From positions 7,130,001 to 7,194,000 of the forward strand of contig CP158636.1 in the NCBI GenBank assembly GCA_050273025.1: a stretch of DNA of 64,000 nt, read 5' to 3'. This DNA comes from Cenococcum geophilum. Lineage: Eukaryota. Made by a program: the position numbers and the translations under genes. The notes below the pieces were generated by a model that saw nothing but the letters and a program-made list of their open reading frames with translations, ran no database searches and was not told the DNA's origin. Positions 23,909 to 37,124 of this stretch are shown here, in pieces. Within the stretch, counting starts at the first letter, position 1. Each line of letters opens with the position of its first letter.

Positions 23909-24852
23909 ACGTTATACAGCGTGCGATAGGACCTGGTGGTCGTGGTTATGAGCGTTATAGGCGGTGGTGAAAAATTTTCAGATAGTGAGATCTCGAAAAC
24001 CACTACTATAGCCCTCTACAATTTAGCTACGCTATTCTCCTATTAAGGCACCTATATAATCTAACGTGGATATACGGCATTTGATAGCATCCCCCGACCC
24101 CTAATAGAAAGCATTAACGACCTCTTATATCGATGAATGAGTGATCGCGAACGAATAAGTAGACGAATAAGCAAATATACGGCCCCTCCTAACCCCTAGG
24201 GCGATCGCCCGCGGAGCATGCGGTTACTCGCCGTTTTTTCTACCAAATACTACCTAGCAGCCTGGATTGCGACCCACGGTTTTCCCTATCTTCTTTTAAC
24301 GGAGTAGTGACCCTTAGAAAGGGCCTAGCTAGGGCTTAGGTATAAAAGATACCCAAATATAACACAATATCCCGCTCGCTTATTAGTATTACGGTAGTTA
24401 GAACGGATAAATCCCCCTTACGCCTTTAATAGGCCCTAGGGGGGGGAAGGCATGGCGTATATAGCAATAGTTAGACAAGAAATAGCATACAGGGGATGGC
24501 CAAGATATAGGAAACAGCAGTACGGCAATTAATTAGCAAGGCCTAGCTAGGACGTAGTAAACCCTAGCTAGGGTAAGCTAGAGAAGGAAGTAGTGGTTCC
24601 TAAGGAGTTTAAACATCTAAGGAGGACAGGACGTAGCCGTAGACCCGTAGGGCCGCCGTTACGGACGGACATAGCAAATTGGGGTTTTTTATCCTACTGA
24701 GGTGGCTTATAGGGTTTTTCCTCCCCCCCAGCAGCAAGGGTTTTTTCCCGTTAATATTACTTTTCCCTTATATACGAAGTAGTCTGCGTAGGGCTAGATA
24801 GTATCCATATTAGATGTTAATTAAAGAATTATTATTATTATTATTATTATTA
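23823..24852 (+). mobile_element. Non-coding SINE-like non-LTR retroelement, 1030 bp, with 5' HDV-like ribozyme and (ATT)n tail
   Basis: 13-bp TSD TTAATATAAGTTA at 23810-23822 and 24853-24865. Empty site in copy 1 at ~5457-5475. (ATT)n tail ~24828-24852. No ORF of 60 aa or more in the track. Confidence 0.92.
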
Positions 24853-27800
24853 TTAATATAAGTTATGGCCTTCTCTATAATCGGGTAGTCTTAAATAACT
24901 TTTTTATCTAACCACATATAGAAATCTTTCTACTTATTATTGCGTTATTATCTATACCACTTTTAGTATAACCCTTTAAGTGTATATAGTTCATCCGTAA
25001 GAAAGTATCTCTTTATTACTGCATTATAATAGCCTTTTATATATCGTTCTTTAAACCTAGTTAGAATCCCTAGATCCTCTTCTTCTTCTAGTTTAATAAG
25101 CTACTTAGCTCTTAGTGTGCCTATTTTAGGTCTATTAGTGATTCTTTATATAGGTACTCTATCCCTTATATATTCTAGCGTGCTAGATCTCTTATTTAGT
25201 TTCTGCTCTTATTATAAGGTAATTCTTACTCTAAACTCCTTTATGGTTTCTTTTTTTTGCGTTTTATAAGTAGATCCCTAAAGTCTTCTTACTTCTTAAT
25301 CTTATTAATAGTCCTTATTTATATACTAAAATTTTAGTTCTATAAGATTCTTAATCTTAAGCTTGCTTCTATCTTAAGCTTAGCTCCTGCCTTAGTTTAA
25401 CTAGGCTTAGGTATTTTTATCTCTTCTTAAGAGTTTTAAATCTTACTTATCTTATCTTAAGAATCTTATGCCTATAGGAAACTCTATCCTAAGCTTATTC
25501 GTATATTCTTAAACTAAGCTACTACCCTACTCCATCGGTTTCCGTCTATTATAGGTCCTTAGGTATACCTTATCTTATTTTAAAAATCTTAGTTGTTTTT
25601 TATCTCATCTTAAGAATCTTAAGCCTTTAGCCTTTTGCCTTTATTAAGTAGTGAGCTAGCACTAGTAGTCGTCTGCTTACTTAATCTTTCTTAAATATTA
25701 CTCCTTCCGTCTCGTAAAGTGATGGATACCGTATCTAACGGTGTTATAATGCCCGTTACTAAATCTTGCTCTATAGCGGACTTAGTCTCTACTTTTATTA
25801 TAACTTCTTTAAGGTTTATACGCTCCTAGTAAGCTGCCTTTATTACCTTATTGTCTGTAAATATTTTGCCTATACCGAGCTTATTATTTTTAATATCCGT
25901 CCTATATAATAGTTTATTAATTCCTCTATATTTTATAGATTTTGGCTCCTATAGCTAATAGCTTACGCTATACTTAGCGTCTTTATAAATTTAGTATATG
26001 TTATTATAATAAAACGCGAAACTTTTAATTAAATATTCTTTTGTTCCTTATAGTATACTATTATCCCTCTATACATATATGTCTTTTACTAGTTTGGTTC
26101 CCTTTATTATATAGTGATTCTAACTATCCTTATAATCCCTCGCGAAGTAACCTTATTTCCTGTAATTTATATAAGCTCTATCTCTAAACTACTAACTTTG
26201 CTATAGAGTCTGCCTAAACATCTTTTACTGCTAAGATCCCTGGTTTAACCTTTACTCCTTAGTCCTATAATTACTAAATCCTTAACCTTTAGGTTTCTAT
26301 AGTTTTTTACTCTATCTCTTATGGTTTCTTTAGTACCGCTTAGGTCTATTAGCTCTGCGCCATACTATAGTTTCTAACTTAGCTTGGGTTATTGCGTACT
26401 TTATGTCTTATATAACTATAGAACTCTATCCTAACCTCTCTTAGCCTATTTTCTTTAGTAGATCTAATTATTAATCTTAATCGCTTAATCTATTAACTCC
26501 CTTAGAGTATCCGCATCTTTTATTAGAATAATTACGTCCTAAACTTTAGCCTTAAGTCCCTGTTTATACTATATTATAAGCGCCTTATTATTCCACTTAA
26601 CTTATATAGCTAGCGTTTAGAACTATATCGTGTACTTAATTACTAAGGTTCGTTACGTAATGTCTTAAAGTTTTCTTTCCGCTATAGTTACCGCCTCTAG
26701 GTTTCTAAATATTTATATAAGTCGCTCCGTAAATCCTTTTTAACTTAAGAATATAAACTGCACCTCTTAGTTGGTAGTTGTTATTCTATTCGCCTGTATT
26801 TCTATAAGGTAAGGCTTAAACTATTTAAGTGCTCTTCTTAATAGGAATAGTCCTGCATATACTATTCAATCTATAAGTATTAGCAGTTTTACTCCTTCTT
26901 GCGTAACCTTAAAGTGTATTTATATAAGGAATCCTTTAAGCTTTAATCTCTCCCCTAAGAATCTCTTAATTAAAGGTAACTTAATCTTTACTGCCCCTAT
27001 CCCGTTAATCCTTTATTTAAGTGTTATATTGTTTTCTATTAACTAGTTAACTATCTCTTATAGTTATTTAACCGTTATAGGTTGTTATAAGTTAGTATCT
27101 GCTATATTAGTGTCACCTCCTAACCTTAAAGTAGTTGCCGCCGTTAATGGCGTTATAGTGGCTGCTTTTAGTGGCATGTTATTTAACTTTCTGTATTTAA
27201 TACTGTAACTAGGTAGTAATTGTATAACGGAACCTTGTAGTAGGTACTACGATAGGCTTATTAATAGGCTAGGTGTATAGGTAATACAAATTAAAGTTAA
27301 CAACGTAATAATAACTAGTGGAGTAGTTGCCTAATAGATTAACTTTAATTATATTCTAAGAATCACTATAAGGAAGGAACTATCTAGGTAGGGATTAAGG
27401 GTCCTTAAATATATAACCGTACTCCTATAAAATCCTTCTTATATATAATATACATGTTATACATAAGGTATATAAGTTCCTTCCGTTCCTTTTGTTCCTC
27501 TTATAGCACGTTATATAACCTTAGCTACCATTCCTCGTTATATAGCTTAATCGGTTCTATTCTAAACTATACTTATATTAACTAACTAGCTTCTTTTAAC
27601 TCTTCTCTAAGTAGTTATAACATTATACTTAAAGTGTCCGTAACACGTTTAAGCGTACACTAATTTACTTTATAATAGTTCCGTTAACTACTTTATTTAA
27701 TTAGTAAAGTTATATATATTAATTAGTTAAATCCTCTTAATTATAGGTCCTGTTATATTAATTTTGGGTTATAGTTTAAATCTAAATTAAGGGTCTTATC

Positions 27801-30800
27801 CGTAGATTACGTAGAATAGCGTTACGCCTATTAATTTATTTCTCGTATTATTCGCAGTAAACTTAGCTAAAGGTAGCCACTTTTCCCAGTTATCTTATAG
27901 GTAGGAGCAGTGTATTTATAGGTATTATTCTATAATCGCGTTTATAATTTTAGCCCAACTACTTATCTCCAAATAAAATATAGTTAAGAGTCGTGTTTAT
28001 ATACTTAATTATTTATATAGGGCTTGCTAGAAGTCTAAAACAAACTAGCTTCTATAGTTAGATATTATTAAATTAAAAAGTCTATATAGCTTAAAGACAT
28101 ACTTAATAAAATATTCAGCTACTAATATTGTATTAATTAAGTTTATAGGAATTATATATTGCATTTTTATAAGACAGTTAACAACTACTATAATATTCAT
28201 AAACCTATTACTATTAGGTAGGTTAACTATAAAGTTAATTAAGATATCTTGCTATTTTTATATTAGAATTAGCAATAGTTAAAGTACTTCTTACTTCTTT
28301 ATATAAGAGGTCTTCCTACGCACGCACATTCTATATACTTAAACGTATTTTTATATATAGTTGTGTATTATAGGCTAGTAATATACTTATTAAATAATCT
28401 TATAGGTCTTTATATAGCCCAGATGCCCTACTATAGGGGAATTGTATATAAATTTAAGTATCTTAAATTATAAGGGTTCGGAATTTAGGACTACTATCTT
28501 TTATTAATAGTATAACCAATTATTACGGATTTCGCATTTAGCGAGTATAATATCCTTATATTGCCGTTTCCCTATTTAAATCGCTTGTATTATATCTACT
28601 ATCTAAAAATTATTTTTATATTTGTGTTCTATTAATTTATTAATTTCTATATCCTACTTATTAATTTCTAATTTATTCCTGTTAAGCTCCGCGTTTAAAA
28701 ATATAGGGCGTAGTTTCTTAAAGCGTTTAAAGGGTAGTAGAATTTGTAATTAATTTATAATCCATTTGTTAGAGGAATTTATAAGTGTTGGGAATAAGGC
28801 AAGCGGTCGTTACGTAACGCCGCGGCACTAGCGTGGCGAGGAGTCTTAAGCTCCTCGCCCTTCCTTATTCCAATAAATAAGCTTTATTAACCATTATCAC
28901 TATAACCTACTCAAGTAGTTATTATTGGTAAGTCACCCTATGTGACTAATACTGATTAGTGGTTAAATATATAGTTAACTATAGAGCAGCTAGGTTTTTA
29001 AACAGAAGAGACAGTCTTATATAGGGGTGCTATATGCGCTTATATGGAATGGATCCCGGTAATACTGTACTATCTTAAACTTACGGAAAACTAGTAATAG
29101 AAGTGTTACTGAGTACTAGGAGATACTAAGTTGCGTTTATTATGTAGAACAATCACGTTTACGAAGATTTGGTCGAGTACTTTAGGTTAGAAGTGTTACT
29201 ATACCTAGGGTCCTAAGTTAACGTCTAAAACGTATTAAACAACCTTTATTTCCTTATTCTCTTTATTAAAAACGCGTTAAATAACTATCTTAATACCCCC
29301 GTGTACCTTTATAGACTATAGGATTATAATTACTACCTAATTATATGTTAAACAACCTTTATTCTCCTTAATCTTTTTATTAACACGCGTTAAATAACTA
29401 CCTTAATACCTAACTGCACGTTAAACAGTAACCTTAATACCCTCCGTGTACCTTTATAGATTCCACTATAGCGTTAACCTACCTAAAGAAGTATAAGAAA
29501 GACATTAACCTAGAGATATAAAATACCGATATAATTAACCTTAAAGATATTAATCAGCAAGACTTAAACGGATTCTTATTACACCGTATAGTATACTATA
29601 AAGACAGCGAATACAACAACACTATACTATGGTACTATGTAAGGGAGGACTTTGTTAGATAGATAAAGGGAATATAAACTTTTATAAAGAAGGATATTAT
29701 ATAAGACTTTCGTAATTTCTTGCGGAAGTATAGAGTGTTTATACCTATAGACGGGGGTATTATTAGAGATAATATTTAGAAGCAGGTTATTAATATAAAA
29801 GAAGAGTATAAATAGACTCTATAAGAGATTAAGCACCAACTACGCACTATAAGGAAGCTTAACTTACGATAGAATCTAGAATCTACCTCCGCCTTTAACT
29901 CCTCTGTATCTAATTTAACCTATAACTTTAACTTTAGATACTATACCCCAACGAGAGCAGGTATAGGATCCTATTACTTTATAATTTACTAACCTTTAGA
30001 CTCTACCGATTAAACCTATATCCCTACTATAGCCTATAATGTAACTCCTACCTCCTCTATCTTAATCTTAAATTGGAGGCAGTTTAAAATTGCTTATAGA
30101 GCTTGCAAAGCTCTATTTAGATTAAGAGAAGAAGTTTAGCGGGGAATTATATAATGTTCTTAATTTGAAACTATATATCTTCTATAATTGTTGCTAGAAG
30201 GTAGGAATAGAGTTTAATTAGTACTATAACGCCTATTCTATTATGCTTAAGGGCTGAGCTAGTACCTTCTATTATAATCGTTTAGTAGGAAAAGGATATA
30301 ATTTTAACCGTATAATATATAAGTTAAGATGCCACTTTAAAATAAAAGAGAATATATAGTAGTATATATTAGAATGGAGAGAGACTACCTTTTTAAGAAT
30401 TATTGCTACAAATCTAGGTATCCCTTGGCTTAATTATCTTTAAAAGCTCTTTAATTAACTTTAGACGATTTAGCGTGGTTTATCCAAATTATATTAAGAG
30501 GATTTTAGCCTACGTAATTAAGTTATTAGCGTATACTAAGGTGTTAAAGAATATAACCTTACTCTCTTTAATCCTGTAAATACTTATAAAGGTATATATA
30601 CTTAATTAAGATCTTCTATTAGCACCGCTTTACGCTCTTAAGAAGTATAGTAATTTAACGCCTAACTCTAGCCTACTTTAATTAACCTGCCTAACTAATA
30701 TAATTATAACTAAACTAATTAAATATATAGTGGCCGTAGTAGGCAATATGGTAGAGGGTATAATTAACAATTATAAGGTAAAGGTAGAGGTCCTTATAGA

Positions 30801-33800
30801 GGTTTATTTTAAAGTAATTACTAAAAGAAGTGCTACGTTTGTAAGAAACCGAATTACTAGTTAACTAGGCATTCTTTTAATAAGCGAAAGGAGGTATATA
30901 ATAAGTTTTACCAGAGTATAAAAAACGTTAGAAATTATAAGGTTACTATAGCTTACTTCTAAAGCTTTTTAGTTTAATATAAAGGCGTAGAAGATCTTAA
31001 GGGTAAGGTTAATAAGGCCGAATAGCTTTTTATAGATATAGAAATTAAGGACTACTCTTTTAACTAATACTTTACTAAGTATAGTAAGGTAAATAGTATA
31101 TAAACTGTTACTATTCTTAATAACTACTCTACGCTCTATTCTATTATAAAGTTAGATATCTTTAATAAGCTAAGGGAGAGTTCTATATTTCCCTTTAATA
31201 ATAGATACTTAGCGAATGTCTTTTATAGTATTATGCCAGATATAGGAGCCGTAGGAGTATCTATAGTAGGAGAACCTTAAGTTTAAGCCCTTTAGCAGCT
31301 TAATAGCTTTATTTAGATTAACTATTTAACGGTAGGCTAATACACGATTCGTTTTAGTAAGGGTACTATAATCTTTTTTAGCACAATTAGGGTCTAAACC
31401 CCTTTAGGGTATATTACTTTCCACGTTATTCCTATAAATACCCCGTTTCTATTTTGCATTAGAGATATAAATAAATTAGGCGTTAAGCTTAATAACCTTA
31501 AAAATATACTTATTTAGGGAGATAATTAGGTACCTATTATACGCAAATAGGGTTACCCCTAGTTGCTCCTTTATTAACTAGAAAAGAGTATTACTTAAAG
31601 CCACTTAACTAAGTTAGAGTTACGCCAACTATATTATTATTTTAGCTACCTATCCGTTTATTAATTGCTTAGGGTTCTTTAGTAAATAGGCTATAAAGTT
31701 AAAATTAAGGTAATTAAGCATCTTATAAAGTACTATTATTACTACTAAATAAACTAGAAGTCCCCTGGCCGATTTAAGTTCACCCTTAAAAATAACTATA
31801 ACTTTAACTTCTATATTATTATTAACGTTATATATTTTAGCGGCAAGCTAGTACTCTAAGTTATTAACTTCTTAACCTCCTTCTAAGCCGTATAATTCTT
31901 AAGGGATATATTAGCTAGGAACGTATAGGATACCCTTTAATTATACTAGATTAATATCTACCTAAGACTCCTTAATTAAATTATTTATAATATGAGAAAG
32001 AACTTCTTATCTATAGAGTTTTAATAATAGATAAAGGTAATAGCAATTAAGGTTAAGGAAGTCCCTATTAAGATATATAATAGTATTAAAAAAGTAAAAT
32101 AATATTATATGCCATTACGCCGCGTATATAAGATTATCTCTTTAAAACTAGAGGACGCTAGTAAAAAACTTACCTTATAAATAGCTGTTAAAGCCATTAA
32201 TAATTTTGCTAGCCTAGATAGACTTATACCTATATTACTAGTCTTTAGCGCCTACCCTTAAATAACTAATAATTTTTTACTATCTCCCGCTATTATATAA
32301 TAAGTTAAGGCTATTTATAAGGTAATAAAGGAGGTATAACGTCTTTACGCTATATGCTAGGTTAATAACGCACTAGGAATAAGAAATGGCCTAAATACCT
32401 TTACTATGCTTAATCTGCCACTCTAGTTAGAGGTACGCGTATAGCGTAAAAAGGGAAGGTAGTTAGGCCCATATTAACTTATTATAATTAATAGTTAAAC
32501 TTATATTATTTAGATGCCTTACGGACCCACTTAATTCTATTTAACTATTATTAAGCCTTATTATAAAGATAATAGTTTTAAGCCTTTATAGGATGCCCTA
32601 AAAGATACCCTAGAGGAGAACTATAATTAGCGTACTCTAGAAGGCGACTATAATTCTAATATAATTATAGTAAATATACCACAACTATAACGCGGTAGAG
32701 GTCGCCTAAAGGGATTATAAAATTGCTAACACCTTATTAATTTTAAAGAGTAATTTATTACCGCTATTAAGAATAGAGTTAAGTTATTAACGGCCTTTAT
32801 AACAGCTAAAGAGAAGGCTAACTTTAAGCTCGCAAAATAGCTCTAAAAGGAAGGTCGTATTATAACTCTAGGAGCTCCTTTTTAAGCATTTAATAAGTAG
32901 AAGATTAATAGTCTTATTATAAGAGAAGTTTTTAAATTTAAGAAGTATAACCCTACTAAATTCGATGGAGTTCGCATCTTTAAGTTAAGAATAGTTAATA
33001 AGATTAAGGGTAAAGCTACTAATGCCCTATTTAAGAAATTAAGGCTTATTATCTAAGGCTATAACGATAATAATAAGGAGGTAATTCTTACGTAGTCTCC
33101 TATAATTTAACGAGCTAGTTAGCGAGTTATTATTATGCTAGCTCCCTTCTTAATAAAGAATAGAATGGCGGTTTATTTATAAGATATTACTTAGGCCTAT
33201 ACCCAATTAGAAATACACCTTTAGCGCTTAATATTAGCATACCTTTTAGAGCAAATTCGCCACTAATATCCTAAAGATATAATTATGGTTATACTTAAAC
33301 CATTATATAAAATCGCAGAGGTAGGAACTTATTAGTAGGCTACCTATAGTAAGCACTATAAAGAAAAGCTTTTAATAACTACTTCTATATTTAATCTATA
33401 CTTCCTTATTATAACTATAGGAACCCTATTTAGAATTATTTTAGGAGACGACTAATTTTTAGCTCTTAAAGAAGATAAGCTAGTAAAGGCAAATCTTATA
33501 GTAAAGCTAAAGGAAAAGCTTAATTTAATAGTACTATTACTCTTTAATAAATGCATCCTCTCCCTAAATGAGGATTCCATTGCTTTAAGCCAGAAGGGTT
33601 AAGGTAAGAAGATTAATATTATTAACGTTAATTCTCTAAAGTAAGGATATATAGAGCAACGCGCTCGCGGAGTTTATATTACTTTAATCTATTAACCTAA
33701 GGCTTTATTTAATCTCTCTATTACTACTTAATACTAGGAACTAACTAAGAATAACATTCTTGCCCTAAATAAGCGTCTTTTTTAGTAAATAAACTATCTT

Positions 33801-36800
33801 AATTAGGGACTACTCTATATGCCTATTAATCTTCCTACCGCTAAGCTCTTTGTATTTATTAATAAATTATTTATAAATAATAAAGATTTTAGCTCCTAGC
33901 TAGGATATAAGATTATTATTACAAATAAATCTACTAGAGAGAATAACTTTATAATTTATAGTAATCTTATCTATTAGAGCTTAATTAAGAGTAAGTATAT
34001 TACTTAAAGCGTTTTAGCGTTAGAGATATATGGAATAGTTAGCGGAGTTAATATAGCAATTACAATTAGAACTACCCTAAAAATAATTATAAATTAACTC
34101 GAACTTTCTGTTATCCCTATAATCGTATATACTAACTTATATTCCCTCTATATATATTTAGTTAAGCTTAGTACTATAAAGGAGAAGCGCCTTATAATTA
34201 ATATTATGGCACTTTAATAGTCCTATAAACGGCAAGAACTCTTTAAAATTTAATAAATTAATGGTTAAGATAACCTAGTAGATATAATAATGAAGGTAAA
34301 CCTAAATAAGGCTTTAGAAACGTTTGTTAATATAAATACTTTACGTATATAAGTTAAAGGTTAGGTTAAAAGGAAGTAAGAGTATAATATTTTATAGACC
34401 CTGATTTTAACTAGCTAATTAAGATTTTCTATCCCTAGGATAGAAAATTGCTATTAGCTCGCTTATAACTAGCGCCTTGGCGGCCCTAATATAATATATA
34501 CCTACGACTCTAAGTAAGAAAGCACCACGTGCTAAGAGGTAAATTTTAAAATAGTAAGACTTATATTGCGATGGCAATAGTAAGTATTAGTGTTATAAGG
34601 TGATATTATATATCTACAAGTTATAGGTAGTATAATAGTTGTTATTCTTATATCTAAGGGGAAGGGTAAGGAACTTAAGGTTCCTTACTACACTAGTGCC
34701 GCGGCGTCACGTGACGGCAATTTGCCCTATATAACGGCAACTTACCTAACTTAACGGCAACTTACCTTATTCCTAATACTAGCAACTCTTCTTTTATAGT
34801 TGCTATCTATATACACTTATAGATTACTACTATATAAAGGTATAAAGGTACGGAAAAGAAGAAGAAAAAGAAGAAGGGCGTTAGGGGTTAACGCGAAGAC
34901 GGGTAGGCCGCTAAGGCGCTAGTAGTAAGCGAGCCAATAGCGATTTTCCATGCCGGGCATAAAAAATCCTAATTAGTTACTTTTAAACTGCTCTATCTTC
35001 TACTTCCTTTTAACTTAACCTTTAACTTATATACGTAGAGTATTTATATTAATAAACGTCTCTAATACCTTATTTAGGTTTACCTTTATTATTATATCTA
35101 CTAGGTTATCTTAGCCATTAATCTATTAAATTTTAAAGAGTTCTTAACGCTTGTAAAATTACTAAAGTGCTATAATATTAATTATAAGACGCTTCTCCTT
35201 TATAGTACTAAGCTTAACTAAATACTCGTAGAGGGAATATAAGTTGGTGTATATAATTATAGGAATAGTAGGAAGTTTAAGTTAATTTATAATTATCTTT
35301 AAGGTAGTTCTAATTACAATTACTATATTTACTCTATTAACTATTCTATATATCTCTAATATAAGAACGCTTTAAGTAACGTACTTACTCTTAGTTAAGC
35401 TCTAATAAATAAGGTTACTATAGATTATAAAGTTATTCTCTTTAGTAGATTTATTTATAATAATAATCTTATATCCTAGCTAGAAGCTAAAATCTTTATT
35501 ATTTATAAATAATCTATTAATAAATATAAAGAGCTTAGTAGTAGGAAGGTTAATAGGCACGTAGAGTAGTCCCTAATTAAAATAGTTTATTTGCTAAAAA
35601 AGGCGCTTATTTAGGGTAAGGACATCCTCCTTAGTTAGTTCCTAGTATTAAGCGGTAATAAAGAGATTAAAGAAAGCCTTAGGTTAATAAATAAAAGTAA
35701 TATAAGCTCCGCGAGCGTATTACTCTACATACCCTTACTTTAGAGAATTAATATTAGCAACGTTAATCTTCTTACCTTAACCCTTCTAGTGTAAAGTAAT
35801 AGAATCCTTATTTAGGGAGAGGATATATCTATTAAAGAGTAGTAGCGTTATTAAATTAAGTCTTTCCTTTAGCTTTACTATAAGATTTAGCTTTACTAGC
35901 TTATCTTCTTTAAGGGCTAAGAATTAGTTATCTCCTAAAATAATTATATTATTAGTTTATATGCCAATAATTCTAAATAGAGTTCCCATAGTTATAATAA
36001 GGAAGTAGGGATTAAATATAGAAGTAGTTATTAAAAGCTTCTCTTTATGGTGCTTACCGTAAGTAACCCACTAATAAGTTCCTACCTTTATAATTCTATA
36101 TAATAGCTTAAGGATAACCATAATTGTATCTTTAGGATATTAGTGGCGAATTTGCTTTAGAAGATATACTAGTATTAAGCACTAAAGGCGCGTTTCTAAT
36201 TAGGTATAGGCCTAAGTAATATCTTATAAATAAACCGCCATTCTATTCTTTATTAAGGAGGAAGCTAGCGTAATAATAACTCGCTAACTAGCTCGTTAAA
36301 TTATAGGGGATTATATAAGAATTACTTCCTTACTATTATTGTTATAACCTTAAATAACTAGCCTTAATTTCTTAAATAGGGCGTTAATAGCTTTACCCTT
36401 AATCTCGTTAACTATTCTTAACTTAAAGATACGGACTCTATTAAGCTTAGTAGGGTTATACTTCTTAAATTTAAAGACTCCTCTTATAATGAGACCGTTA
36501 ATCTCCTATTTATTAGATGCTTAGAAAGGAACTCCTAAAGTTATAATACGGCCTTCCTTTTAAAGCTATTTTATAGGCTTAAAGTTAGCCTTCTCTTTAG
36601 CTATTATAAAGGCTATTAATAACTTGTCTCTATTCTTAATAGTAATAATAAATTGCTCTTTAAAATTAATAAGATATTAGTAATTTTATAATCCCTTTAG
36701 GCGACCTTTATCGCGTTATAGTTATAGCATATTTACTATAATTATATTAGAATTATAGTCGCCTTTTAGAGTACGTTAATTATAATTTTTCTTTAGGGTA

Positions 36801-37124
36801 TCCTCTGGGGTATCCTATAAAGGCTTAGAACTATTATTTCTATAATAGGGCTTAATAACGGTTAAGTGGAATTAAGTAGGTCTATAGGGCATTTAAAGAG
36901 TATAAGTTTAACTATTAGTTATAATAAGCTTATATAGGCCTAACTATCCTCCCTTTTTACGCTATACCTATACTTTAGATTAGAGTGGCAGATTAAGCGT
37001 AATTAAGGTATTTAGGCTATTTCTTATTTCTAGTGCGTTATTAACCTAGCGTATAACGTAGAGACGTCGCACCTCTTTTATTACCTTATAAATAGCCTTA
37101 GCTTATTATATAATAGAGGGAGAT

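Larger units (their letters stand above)
12069..27645 (-). mobile_element. Ty3/Gypsy chromovirus family A, copy 2 (probably recombinant; no matching TSD)
   Basis: 3' LTR 12069-12489 with PPT at 12490-12505; 5' LTR 27223-27645. Order gag (ATG ~27177), PR (ALIDSGA-like ~16885-16910), RT (VYLDDI-like ~15497-15520), RH, IN, chromodomain. Confidence 0.9.
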
